Assembly (NCBI GenBank): GCA_002269645.1
Contig: NIVC01000027.1
Coordinates: 496,001 to 560,000 of the forward strand
Reading direction: 5' to 3'
DNA from: Macrostomum lignano
Lineage: Eukaryota
DNA length: 64,000 nucleotides
The notes under the pieces are model-generated. The model was not told the origin of the DNA, searched no databases, and saw nothing but the letters and a program-made list of their open reading frames with translations. This document shows, piece after piece, positions 1-12,540 of the stretch. The number at the start of each line of letters is the position of its first letter. Position 1 is the stretch's first letter. Made by a program: the position numbers and the translations under genes.

Positions 1-876
1 CATGGCTTGTTAGTAACCAACCAGGAATATCATGGCAACAGGAATTATTTATAATTAGTATGTATTCTTAAAAATATTAATTTTTGTATTACAAGTTAGT
101 AATATTAATGATGTTAATGTTTACGAAGCACTGTTGTATTTTTAGGAGCTTAGTATATTAAGGAAATGTTAGTAGTAGCGAACGGCAAGAGTGCCCTTCC
201 TAGACAGTGAATAGTTGTTTGCGTGGGGCCAATCCGTTTTTCAGACTCTTGGGTCGGTCTCGGATTCTAGACTAAAGTCTAAAAAAGCAGATACACGACC
301 CTACCCAGACCATATAAAATTCTAGATAGCTATCTAAGTGAAGGATTTCATACTCGTACGTGGCATCCGAAGTTATACCAAACTGAACTGCTTCGAGCTT
401 GGCTAAACTTCTCTCCCGGTCTGAACAAAAGCTTTCTTCCTCTTACTTTGCTCTCCCCATTACTTCTCTTTCCAATGGCTAGCTGGACAGTGCGTAGCTA
501 GCTATAGCTATTTAATTTTTTTCTAACCCTTTCCAAGCCATTATATGCAGAAAAGACCCAGACCTGAAAAGTGGAACGCTTTCATAAGACCTAAATTTCA
601 CAACGCCTAAATTTCATATCGCCGCATTAATTTCACAACGCCTAAAATATCTGCTGCCTCCTTCATCAGATCGGCTAAATTTCAAATTTCAGTTATAGGT
701 CTCAAGACTTCCTTGCCCAGTCACATGCACCAACCTACAATCAGTATGAGTGCCTGATTATTAATTAGATAGCTAGCTAGCTAAACTATAAGCGGCTTTG
801 AGTAGTTATGCATTGGCTTGTTAAAATAAGTGAATAATTTAAGTTAGCACAGTGCAGTGATACAACATTTCGCTGA

Positions 877-3800
877 TTACTTGACCTGAAAAGCGAGTAG
901 TTGATGCTCTAGTTTGTTCCTAGTACCTGACAGATCGCTTTCCTCAAACCAGATCCGCTCAGATCTTCGTATTGACGTCGAAATCTTTGGGTCTTGTAGT
1001 TGACATACTTCATGGCGTTGAAGCCACGAAACATCTTCGACTTCAGGAAAGTGAAAGTGCGGCATTCCACGAGCTCGCCAGTCTGCCAGGCTCAGAGATA
1101 GGTAGGCAACCTTCAGCTCGTGCCCACTGTCGATGCTTCGCAGCTCGCTGACTTTTCCTAGGTAGAATTTCCAGGAATTGCCGATCGTTGCAACTGCCGC
1201 GAGAACCCAAGCGCCCGGATTAATTTCTGGAAGCTTCATAGTTCGAATCACGCCACTGCTAGCGTCTGTTCCAGCCGAGTCACAGCTAGTGTCCGTTGCA
1301 CTTGGCCCTGCGGCAGAACCTAAGCTGGCGCACTGTACAGACAACAGCGGCATGTAATGATGCTCTGGAATGTGAGCCACCAGTAGAGGACCACCGGTCG
1401 GCTTCGTCTGCAATGGTTCAATAACTACAGATGGCTTTGGTGTGGCATGCAAGTTCTTGACTTTTTCCAACGCAGTGGGTTGGAAAATATGAATTTCACG
1501 CTTCAATATATAGCTAGTAGACAGCACTACAATATTGTCGACGTAGGAAGATGGCTTGCGCATGTTGTCCAGGTAGGTAATCAGATCCATCCCAGATTCG
1601 TTGAAGTCTGAAATAGAAACCTTCAAAAATTCTGGGTTCATTAGTTCGGTGCACGCCAAAGTGCGGAGTCTTATAGAGTTTTCAACAATGCCTTCCTGGG
1701 AAAGCAGTTGGCAAATAGAGTCAAAAAAGCAACTGCCATCAGCAGCAGCATCACCCAAGATGCACCCTAGCCTCTCGCCAATCAAGCGCAGTTTAGATTT
1801 TGCATTCTGCAATTCAGCCACTGGATTGAGACTTCTAATCTGGGCCATCTTCTGTAGCTGCCGCTGCTGTGCTGCTGTGGCCTTGTTTTTTCGCTTCAGC
1901 TGGCGCTCCTTGGCATTTTGATCGCGCCGATCGTCGATTTCTCGCTTCTGGATTTCTCTTTGACGGAGAACTTCCAGAAACTTCGGGCTGGTCAATTCAG
2001 GCGTGCCCGCTTCCCTCGCAATCGAAAGCCGCTGTCGCTTAGGCTGATTAGCTTTTGGCTTAGGCTGCGGTGTTTCAGGATGGTTGTATTGGCGAGCCAC
2101 TGAACGTACAATTTCAAGCGTTGAATTCGGTGAAGACTTTAGAGTCGGAGAGAGGGCACTTTGATCGGCATCTAAATCAACGCTAGCGGCGCTCGCTGAG
2201 CAGCTTGGCGCATCGTCATCGCCTTGGACAGCCGAGGTGGCGTTGCCGCTCGGCGCCTCGCCATCGCCTTGGACAGCCGAGGTGGCGTTGCCGCTCGGCG
2301 CCTCGCCATCGCCTTGGACAGCCGAGGTGGCGTTGCCGCTCGGCGCCTCGCCATCGCCTTGGACAGCCGAGGTGGCGTTGCCGCTCGGCGCCTCGCCATC
2401 GCCTTGGACAGCCGAGGTGGCGTTGCCGCTCGGTGCCTCGCCATCGCTTTGGACAGCCGAGGTGGCGTTGCCGCTCGGTGCCTCGCCATCGCTTTGGACA
2501 GCCGAGGTGGCGTTGCCGCTCGGCGCCTTGCCATCGCCTTGGGCAATCGTTGTCGCGGTCGCACCCACTTGCTGGCTGGCCAAACTGGAGGCAACGTACA
2601 ACTTGTCGTATAGTAAGGCTTCCGGGTTGAATGGAAAGAGGCCACACACTCGAAACCCGGACTTTACGTTGGCAAAGGAGACTGACTCAGCCAAAGAGGA
2701 CGAAAACAGTCGTACAAAGTCCGTATTACACAGACCTCCAGCTGAATCTGGCCTCGCTCGCCGCGCAGTGAAATCGTTCCAAGCGGCCTTAACTGATCGG
2801 AAGACTGCAACATCCAGAGGCTGCATTACATGCGTTGCGTTTGGGACTAGGCCAAAAATGTAGACCTGTTTAATAATTTTAGAATTAAATAAATATCTAT
2901 GAATTGTTAGCTGATGGAAGAAAAGATAAAGAGATTATCAATTAAAACAAGATATACAATACCTGACAGAAAGATCAGAATGGAACATAAAATATACTAG
3001 CTAGTTTTTTTTACTTTTCGGGAACTCATATAAATAGATAGATTACAGTTACAGCCTGCTTACATTTTCTTTCCTTAGCAGCTCCAACATCTCTGCATTA
3101 TGTCGCGAGTCGTGATTATCGCAAAATAAAATCACAGGTCTTGTGATTTTTTTCCGCTCCAGGTAGGGCAGGAATGTCTCCGTGACCCACTCCCGAAACG
3201 ACTCCCTGGTCATCCAACCATTCTTTGTCATGGAATAGTTGTAAATGTCCGGGACATTACGCCTCTTTCCTGCGAAAACAAAATGTGGTGGCAGCATAGA
3301 TCCGGAAGCCTGGATTGTAACCATGACGGTAGCATTCTTCTTTTCGCTGTCTACCGTCTTAGTGTACACAAATTTGGATCCCTTTCCAACGACCACTTTG
3401 CGGGACTTTCCAGCGAAGTAAGCGGCTGAAATGGCGATTCAGAAGCAGAAATGACTAAATGAAAGGGGAGGAAGCGATCCTTGAGGAAGGGTAAGCAAGT
3501 CTTCTAAAGCATTGAGCATCTAACTAGTTGAATAAAAATAACTAAAGTTGAATACATGGATCTCACCCGTCTCATCGCAGTTAAAAATCCTTTCCGGGTT
3601 CTCAAGTGCTTCGCGAAGATCTTTTCGATCAGGACGGGCCGCCTCAGTCTCGATGGTCCGAAACCACTGAAGTATCCGCTCTTTAGTGACTAAATCTCGG
3701 GCGTAGTTGACCGGTTGAGGTGTCCGGATTGACAGGACACTCTGGTGGCGCACCAAGAAGCGGTTTAGCCAACCTTCTGTCAGCGTCATTTTTTTACGGT

Positions 3801-3973
3801 TTTTAAACCGATCCGAGTTGTCACCAGAAGCGGAAATTTGCTTCAGGGCTAGAGTGGCCATCTCCAGGACCTGCGCTCTAGTCATTGGGATGTGCTGCCT
3901 TTGCGTTGCTAATAATGTCTCAACAAAGACAGCTTCCTCTTCGGCCGTGAAAACCTGCTTCTGCGAATTCTTT
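877..3973 (-). CDS. Spliced pogo-superfamily (DDE_1, DD35D) transposase with CENP-B-type HTH, fused to an OTU cysteine protease domain and a C-terminal Tudor-like domain; 5' end missing (about 918 aa recoverable)
   Basis: Exons 3567-3973, 3064-3425 and 877-2865 join in frame across GT-AG introns 3426-3566 (GTGAGA..TTTCAG, phase 1) and 2866-3063 (GTAAGC..AAACAG, phase 0). Motifs: [30 protein letters not shown] (HTH); IFNCDET; [20 protein letters not shown]; [10 protein letters not shown]; [25 protein letters not shown] with 35 residues between the last two Asp. OTU: [28 protein letters not shown]-terminus: [26 protein letters not shown]. Confidence 0.85.
2218..2541 (-). repeat. In-frame 45-bp coding minisatellite, about 7 copies, encoding ([15 protein letters not shown])n inside the transposase ORF
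   Basis: Unit gccttggacagccgaggtggcgttgccgctcggcgcctcgccatc read directly; 45 bp = 15 codons. Confidence 0.95.
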
Positions 3974-6900
3974 CTGCATCATACATGTATCAGTGCTGTC
4001 TAGTAGCCTGTAGAAATTTAGCCGCTAATCTGCTGATCCGGCTTGGCAAATTTGGGTTGAATTCGTTGACTTTCTCCTATCTAAATACACTATAGGATGG
4101 CTATTTCTCCGCCTTTGTATATCTTGGAAGCCGATTGACTTACTTAAACAATTCTTTCTGCATCATACATGTATCAGTGCTGTCTAGTAGCCTGTAGAAA
4201 TTTAGCCGCTAATCTGCTGATCCGGCTTGGCAAATTTGGGTTGAATTCGTTGACTTTCTCCTATCTAAATACACTATAAGATGACTATTTCTCCGCCTTT
4301 GTATATCTTGGAAGCCGATTGACTTACTTAAACAATTCTTTCTGCATCATACATGTATCAGTGCTGTCTAGTAGCCTGTAGAAATTTAGCCGCTAATCTG
4401 CTGATCCGGCTTGGCAAATTTGGGTTGAATTCGTTGACTTTCTCCTATCTAAATACACTATAGGATGGCTATTTCTCCGCCTTTGTATATCTTGGAAGCC
4501 GATTGACTTACTTAAACAATTCTTTCTGCATCATACATGTATCAGTGCTGTCTAGTAGCCTGTAGAAATTTAGCCGCTAATCTGCTGATCCGGCTTGGCA
4601 AATTTGGGTTGAATTCGTTGACTTTCTCCTATCTAAATACACTATAGGATGGCTATTTCTCCGCCTTTGTATATCTTGGAAGCCGATTGACTTACTTAAA
4701 CAATTCTTTCTGCATCATACATGTATCAGTGCTGTCTAGTAGCCTGTAGAAATTTAGCCGCTAATCTGCTGATCCGGCTTGGCAAATTTGGGTTGAATTC
4801 GTTGACTTTCTCCTATCTAAATACACTATAAGATGACTATTTCTCCGCCTTTGTATATCTTGGAAGCCGATTGACTTACTTAAACAATTCTTTCTGCATC
4901 ATACATGTATCAGTGCTGTCTAGTAGCCTGTAGAAATTTAGCCGCTAATCTGCTGATCCGGCTTGGCAAATTTGGGTTGAATTCGTTGACTTTCTCCTAT
5001 CTAAATACACTATAAGATGGCTCTTTCTCCGCCTTTGTATATCTTGGAAGCCGATTGACTTACTTAAACAATTCTTTCTGCATCATACATGTATCAGTGC
5101 TGTCTAGTAGCCTGTAGAAATTTAGCCGCTAATCTGCTGATCCGGCTTGGCAAATTTGGGTTGAATTCGTTGACTTTCTCCTATCTAAATACACTATAAG
5201 ATGGCTATTTCTCCGCCTTTGTATATCTTGGAAGCCGATTGACTTACTGAAACAATTCTTTCTGCATCATACATGTATCAGTGCTGTCTAGTAGCCTGTA
5301 GAAATTTAGCCGCTAATCTGCTGATCCGGCTTGGCAAATTTGGGTTGAATTCGTTGACTTTCTCCTATCTAAATACACTATAAGATGGCTATTTCTCCGC
5401 CTTTGTATATCTTGGAAGCCGATTGACTTACTTAAACAATTCTTTCTGCATCATACATGTATCAGTGCTGTCTAGTAGCCTGTAGAAATTTAGCCGCTAA
5501 TCTGCTGATCCGGCTTGGCAAATTTGGGTTGAATTCGTTGACTTTCTCCTATCTAAATACACTATAAGATGACTATTTCTCCGCCTTTGTATATCTTGGA
5601 AGCCGATTGACTTACTGAAACAATTCTTTCTGCATCATACATGTATCAGTGCTGTCTAGTAGCCTGTAGAAATTTAGCCGCTAATCTGCTGATCCGGCTT
5701 GGCAAATTTGGGTTGAATTCGTTGACTTTCTCCTATCTAAATACACTATAGGATGGCTATTTCTCCGCCTTTGTATATCTTGGAAGCCGATTGACTTACT
5801 TAAACAATTCTTTCTGCATCATACATGTATCAGTGCTGTCTAGTAGCCTGTAGAAATTTAGCCGCTAATCTGCTGATCCGGCTTGGCAAATTTGGGTTGA
5901 ATTCGTTGACTTTCTCCTATCTAAATACACTATAAGATGACTATTTCTCCGCCTTTGTATATCTTGGAAGCCGATTGACTTACTTAAACAATTCTTTCTG
6001 CATCATACATGTATCAGTGCTGTCTAGTAGCCTGTAGAAATTTAGCCGCTAATCTGCTGATCCGGCTTGGCAAATTTGGGTTGAATTCGTTGACTTTCTC
6101 CTATCTAAATACACTATAAGATGGCTCTTTCTCCGCCTTTGTATATCTTGGAAGCCGATTGACTTACTGAAACAATTCTTTCTGCATCATACATGTATCA
6201 GTGCTGTCTAGTAGCCTGTAGAAATTTAGCCGCTAATCTGCTGATCCGGCTTGGCAAATTTGGGTTGAATTCGTTGACTTTCTCCTATCTAAATACACTA
6301 TAAGATGGCTATTTCTCCGCCTTTGTATATCTTGGAAGCCGATTGACTTACTGAAACAATTCTTTCTGCATCATACATGTATCAGTGCTGTCTAGTAGCC
6401 TGTAGAAATTTAGCCGCTAATCTGCTGATCCGGCTTGGCAAATTTGGGTTGAATTCGTTGACTTTCTCCTATCTAAATACACTATAGGATGGCTATTTCT
6501 CCGCCTTTGTATATCTTGGAAGCCGATTGACTTACTTAAACAATTCTTTCTGCATCATACATGTATCAGTGCTGTCTAGTAGCCTGTAGAAATTTAGCCG
6601 CTAATCTGCTGATCCGGCTTGGCAAATTTGGGTTGAATTCGTTGACTTTCTCCTATCTAAATACACTATAAGATGACTATTTCTCCGCCTTTGTATATCT
6701 TGGAAGCCGATTGACTTACTTAAACAATTCTTTCTGCATCATACATGTATCAGTGCTGTCTAGTAGCCTGTAGAAATTTAGCCGCTAATCTGCTGATCCG
6801 GCTTGGCAAATTTGGGTTGAATTCGTTGACTTTCTCCTATCTAAATACACTATAAGATGGCTCTTTCTCCGCCTTTGTATATCTTGGAAGCCGATTGACT

Positions 6901-9876
6901 TACTTAAACAATTCTTTCTGCATCATACATGTATCAGTGCTGTCTAGTAGCCTGTAGAAATTTAGCCGCTAATCTGCTGATCCGGCTTGGCAAATTTGGG
7001 TTGAATTCGTTGACTTTCTCCTATCTAAATACACTATAAGATGACTATTTCTCCGCCTTTGTATATCTTGGAAGCCGATTGACTTACTGAAACAATTCTT
7101 TCTGCATCATACATGTATCAGTGCTGTCTAGTAGCCTGTAGAAATTTAGCCGCTAATCTGCTGATCCGGCTTGGCAAATTTGGGTTGAATTCGTTGACTT
7201 TCTCCTATCTAAATACACTATAAGATGACTATTTCTCCGCCTTTGTATATCTTGGAAGCCGATTGACTTACTGAAACAATTCTTTCTGACGTTGACTTTC
7301 TCCTATCTAAATACACTATAAGATGACTATTTCTCCGCCTTTGTATATCTTGGAAGCCGATTGACTTACTTAAACAATTCTTTCTGCATCATACATGTAT
7401 CAGTGCTGTCTAGTAGCCTGTAGAAATTTAGCCGCTAATCTGCTGATCCGGCTTGGCAAATTTGGGTTGAATTCGTTGACTTTCTCCTATCTAAATACAC
7501 TATAAGATGGCTCTTTCTCCGCCTTTGTATATCTTGGAAGCCGATTGACTTACTGAAACAATTCTTTCTGCATCATACATGTATCAGTGCTGTCTAGTAG
7601 CCTGTAGAAATTTAGCCGCTAATCTGCTGATCCGGCTTGGCAAATTTGGGTTGAATTCGTTGACTTTCTCCTATCTAAATACACTATAAGATGGCTATTT
7701 CTCCGCCTTTGTATATCTTGGAAGCCGATTGACTTACTGAAACAATTCTTTCTGCATCATACATGTATCAGTGCTGTCTAGTAGCCTGTAGAAATTTAGC
7801 CGCTAATCTGCTGATCCGGCTTGGCAAATTTGGGTTGAATTCGTTGACTTTCTCCTATCTAAATACACTATAGGATGGCTATTTCTCCGCCTTTGTATAT
7901 CTTGGAAGCCGATTGACTTACTTAAACAATTCTTTCTGCATCATACATGTATCAGTGCTGTCTAGTAGCCTGTAGAAATTTAGCCGCTAATCTGCTGATC
8001 CGGCTTGGCAAATTTGGGTTGAATTCGTTGACTTTCTCCTATCTAAATACACTATAAGATGACTATTTCTCCGCCTTTGTATATCTTGGAAGCCGATTGA
8101 CTTACTTAAACAATTCTTTCTGCATCATACATGTATCAGTGCTGTCTAGTAGCCTGTAGAAATTTAGCCGCTAATCTGCTGATCCGGCTTGGCAAATTTG
8201 GGTTGAATTCGTTGACTTTCTCCTATCTAAATACACTATAAGATGGCTCTTTCTCCGCCTTTGTATATCTTGGAAGCCGATTGACTTACTTAAACAATTC
8301 TTTCTGCATCATACATGTATCAGTGCTGTCTAGTAGCCTGTAGAAATTTAGCCGCTAATCTGCTGATCCGGCTTGGCAAATTTGGGTTGAATTCGTTGAC
8401 TTTCTCCTATCTAAATACACTATAAGATGACTATTTCTCCGCCTTTGTATATCTTGGAAGCCGATTGACTTACTGAAACAATTCTTTCTGCATCATACAT
8501 GTATCAGTGCTGTCTAGTAGCCTGTAGAAATTTAGCCGCTAATCTGCTGATCCGGCTTGGCAAATTTGGGTTGAATTCGTTGACTTTCTCCTATCTAAAT
8601 ACACTATAAGATGACTATTTCTCCGCCTTTGTATATCTTGGAAGCCGATTGACTTACTGAAACAATTCTTTCTGCATCATACATGTATCAGTGCTGTCTA
8701 GTAGCCTGTAGAAATTTAGCCGCTAATCTGCTGATCCGGCTTGGCAAATTTGGGTTGAATTCGTTGACTTTCTCCTATCTAAATACACTATAAGATGACT
8801 ATTTCTCCGCCTTTGTATATCTTGGAAGCCGATTGACTTACTGAAACAATTCTTTCTGCATCATACATGTATCAGTGCTGTCTAGTAGCCTGTAGAAATT
8901 TAGCCGCTAATCTGCTGATCCGGCTTGGCAAATTTGGGTTGAATTCGTTGACTTTCTCCTATCTAAATACACTATAAGATGACTATTTCTCCGCCTTTGT
9001 ATATCTTGGAAGCCGATTGACTTACTTAAACAATTCTTTCTGCATCATACATGTATCAGTGCTGTCTAGTAGCCTGTAGAAATTTAGCCGCTAATCTGCT
9101 GATCCGGCTTGGCAAATTTGGGTTGAATTCGTTGACTTTCTCCTATCTAAATACACTATAAGATGACTATTTCTCCGCCTTTGTATATCTTGGAAGCCGA
9201 TTGACTTACTGAAACAATTCTTTCTGCATCATACATGTATCAGTGCTGTCTAGTAGCCTGTAGAAATTTAGCCGCTAATCTGCTGATCCGGCTTGGCAAA
9301 TTTGGGTTGAATTCGTTGACTTTCTCCTATCTAAATACACTATAAGATGACTATTTCTCCGCCTTTGTATATCTTGGAAGCCGATTGACTTACTTAAACA
9401 ATTCTTTCTGCATCATACATGTATCAGTGCTGTCTAGTAGCCTGTAGAAATTTAGCCGCTAATCTGCTGATCCGGCTTGGCAAATTTGGGTTGAATTCGT
9501 TGACTTTCTCCTATCTAAATACACTATAAGATGACTATTTCTCCGCCTTTGTATATCTTGGAAGCCGATTGACTTACTGAAACAATTCTTTCTGCATCAT
9601 ACATGTATCAGTGCTGTCTAGTAGCCTGTAGAAATTTAGCCGCTAATCTGCTGATCCGGCTTGGCAAATTTGGGTTGAATTCGTTGACTTTCTCCTATCT
9701 AAATACACTATAAGATGACTATTTCTCCGCCTTTGTATATCTTGGAAGCCGATTGACTTACTGAAACAATTCTTTCTGCATCATACATGTATCAGTGCTG
9801 TCTAGTAGCCTGTAGAAATTTAGCCGCTAATCTGCTGATCCGGCTTGGCAAATTTGGGTTGAATTCGTTGACTTTC
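3966..9876. repeat. 184-bp tandem array, about 32-33 near-identical copies, abutting the 5'-most transposase exon
   Basis: aattctttctg recurs at 3966, 4150, 4334 (period 184). Units differ mainly at ggatggctat/agatgactat/agatggctct/agatggctat and cttaaac/ctgaaac. One unit has a net 86-bp deletion at 7288-7290. Confidence 0.97.
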
Positions 9877-10163
9877 GCCTAACTAGATTCACAGCTGCTT
9901 ACTCCCCTTCGCTACACAAAATGCTACTTTGCTTTTTGTATAAGTATTAGTTCTAGTAGTGTGTATCGAATTTTTTGTTTTATAATGTTATCTTCGAAGT
10001 TGGAATGGAGTAAAAAATAGATTTCGTGAAAGTGAAAGTCTTTTATTTTCCTACAAGTTTTCCTGCTGTCTCATTGCTCGAAATTAGTACAAGAGACAAA
10101 AGTGATGCAAGAAATTGTAGAAATAGGGCTAAACGGTGGATTTCCTGCCTTTAAATGAGATGG

Positions 10164-10630
10164 AAAAAATGACGGTAGCTTGTCAAAAATGACGGTTGCT
10201 GGGACCGTCAATTTTGCCAAAGTGTAAAAAACGTTACCGTCACTTTTGCCGCCTTATATTAATACGAATTCGTATTATCCTTCCATATAACCGATGCATT
10301 TGGATGCTAAATGTTTTCTATTTTCAATAAAGTACTTAATTAATGCCGTAGAGCCAGCCATTAGGTGTTTAGAAGGCTTTATGTAAACACAGTTTTTTGG
10401 ACGAAAAAGTCAAACATATTTTTTTCCCGCATTTTTAGTGAGAATATTTTTTTCAGTTTCAAATAGCTGATTGAAAGAGAAACTATGCTCTATAAAATTT
10501 TATGTTTTTGAAAGATTTTAGTTTACTCTTTTATTTGTATATTCTATTTTTTAATTATGCTTCTCCAACAAGTAGATAAAGCAAATACATTTTTTGGCAA
10601 AAATGACGATAGTATGGTAAAAATGACGGT
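10164..10630. other. Cluster of six AAAATGACGGT-like motifs in both orientations; possible transposon subterminal binding sites
   Basis: Forward copies at 10164, 10185, 10599 (one mismatch) and 10619; reverse copies (accgtcaatttt, accgtcactttt) at 10204 and 10236. Confidence 0.5.
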
Positions 10631-11224
10631 ATTTTACGCTAACAAAACCTAGGATGAGTGTCTGCCTGTGCGTATGACTGCGTCCACACTTGTGTTTACT
10701 TTCAAAAACTGTCTCAAAACTGTCCAATCCGGAAGTTAGAGTGTACAAATAATACTATTGGGTCAAATTTTGCAGAAGTTTAAGGCTAAATTTTAAATCT
10801 AAGCTATATGGCGCTACTGTCATTATTTTTAAGTAGCCAGTGTTGTGTATTGCACTATATATTGTATCAAACTTTCTAAACTAAGTGTGCACGCGCAACC
10901 AATTATATGTCTTCGCAAGTAATGAGATGTTACTTATCAGGTACATCGATTTCCTACAGAATTTATTGATTGTTATTTACACTACTAAATATCACCAAAC
11001 CGACAGACTTTAAAATAAAATTGTATCGCCTGGCAAAAGTTACAATATATTTTGCACGTGGCATGTGTGAACAGTCATTTTCCTAGAGCACATTTCATCA
11101 AGTAAATGATAAAATTCTATCCAGACTTTAAAATACTCGCTTTGCTTTCAAAAGTATATGTACATGTAAATTACACGTTAAACGTATTTGGAATACTCAG
11201 GATACATAAAATATTCAGAGTCAA

Positions 11225-11340
11225 ATGAGCAGGATCCATAAAGAGGTACTCTTAGCAATAAGCAGTATTTATAAAGTGCTCATAGAGAAGAGCAGGATTC
11301 ATAAAGAGGTACTCATAGCAATGAGCAGGATCCATAAATC
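11225..11340. repeat. Degenerate ~33-bp tandem repeat, 3-4 copies
   Basis: gagcaggat(c/t)cataaagaggtactc(t/a)tagcaat recurs. Confidence 0.7.
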
Positions 11341-11674
11341 AATAAAAATCTGAAGTCTACGATAGTATAAATTTAAATATGCTTTAATTAAACTAAGCAA
11401 AGAAACAAGTCGTATTAGCAATAAACAAAGTCATGTTCAAATTTTTATGCTGCAATTTTATTGATGTACTTTGTAAATGTACATAGGCTCGTATATCAAA
11501 TATTTTCATTTTAGAAGGTTTATAGTTATAGTATTTTCTAAATAGTACAGTATGGACTCTCCGATGGGTGCAAATGCATGTAAGGTGATTTTGTTTTCAG
11601 GAGGAGCGTAAATCAGTTTATCAATTTTTATCCAGCTTTTTGACTTTCTTACAAAACCCGCGTAAGATTATTGA

Positions 11675-12157
11675 TCAGCCATGGTGTCCAGAGGCTCCCC
11701 GTGTCCTTGCAGCGTTGGCCCTCAGTCTCGTCCTCAGCCGCGACCTTCTCGCCTGATTCGGGTCTGCTGCCATCGATTCGGCCAACTCGTTCAACATCCG
11801 GATTCGTTTGAAGTTTTCCGACTTTTGAAAATTGAAAGCATGAGCTCTGACAGCGCTACCCGCGGATTGCTGCTTCAGTTTTGCCTGACCAGCGCCGCTT
11901 GCAGAAGCTCTGCAGGGACAGGTGCACACTGTGCAACTGCATCGTTGGTGCACTTTCTTACCTGTCAATGACTTCATGCTGCGACTTCGATTTCCCAGCC
12001 TGTCAGCGGCCGCAGCTGCAGCTGTCAGCAATCTGGAGTGTCGCTCCTGCCGCTGTCGCCTTCGCAGGTAGTACTGGCGAGCATCCGCTAGGCGACGTTG
12101 TAGAACTCTGATCGGTTGAACTTCGGACGACTGGTTGCTGCTGCTGTCTGCTGGCAT
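11675..12157 (-). CDS. Hypothetical 160-aa basic protein (orphan ORF)
   Basis: ATG-initiated GC-rich ORF in AT-rich flanks; Arg/Ala-rich with a CSCTVCTCPC cluster; AATAAA on the minus strand near 11460. No recognisable domain. Confidence 0.4.
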   Translation of the reverse strand: MPADSSSNQSSEVQPIRVLQRRLADARQYYLRRRQRQERHSRLLTAAAAAADRLGNRSRSMKSLTGKKVHQRCSCTVCTCPCRASASGAGQAKLKQQSAGSAVRAHAFNFQKSENFKRIRMLNELAESMAADPNQARRSRLRTRLRANAARTRGASGHHG

Positions 12158-12488
12158 GCTTGCTTCGAATTATGGTTTATACCGCCGAACAAGAAACTCA
12201 TGTATAATAAATACTTCATTTACGGAGGGAGCTTCTTTGGCCATAGAAATCAGGTAGAATCTATACGTAGGCCATGTACAATATTTTGAATTCGTTGGTA
12301 ATAATTAGGTTACGACATCGCAACGAGTGAATCATCTATATATTAACAAAAGGAGCAGCTCAAAAAATCTGCTTGTTTTGAACTACTGTGTAGAACTTCG
12401 AGACTCTGGAAAGCTGAGTCACTTTTACTGTGTTTCAAAGGGTTTATTAACGTATTTTGTACAAATGTTTCAAATGGTTCAAATGGTA

Positions 12489-12540
12489 CAGTGGCGTAGC
12501 CAGGAATTTCAATTGTGGGGGGGGGCGGGTTGGCCTGGCT
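12489..12540 (+). mobile_element. Solo hAT-like terminus (CAGTGGCGTAGCCAGG...)
   Basis: CAGTGGCGTAGCC followed by a G-run is typical of small animal hAT/MITE ends; no partner end seen. Confidence 0.3.

Noticed and set aside
170-810. Left TIR of the pogo-OTU element (cggcaagagtg near 183; tataagcggc near 787)
   Set aside because: Only about 10-nt partial matches to the reverse complement of 10236-10258; not distinguishable from chance.
1601-2863. Overlapping ORFs on other frames and strands of the transposase exon
   Set aside because: Shadows of the coding strand and the 45-bp repeat.
3966-9876. Tandem snRNA, spliced-leader or 5S gene array
   Set aside because: No recognisable SL exon, canonical Sm site or Pol III boxes; the unit is better explained by the adjacent transposase acceptor.
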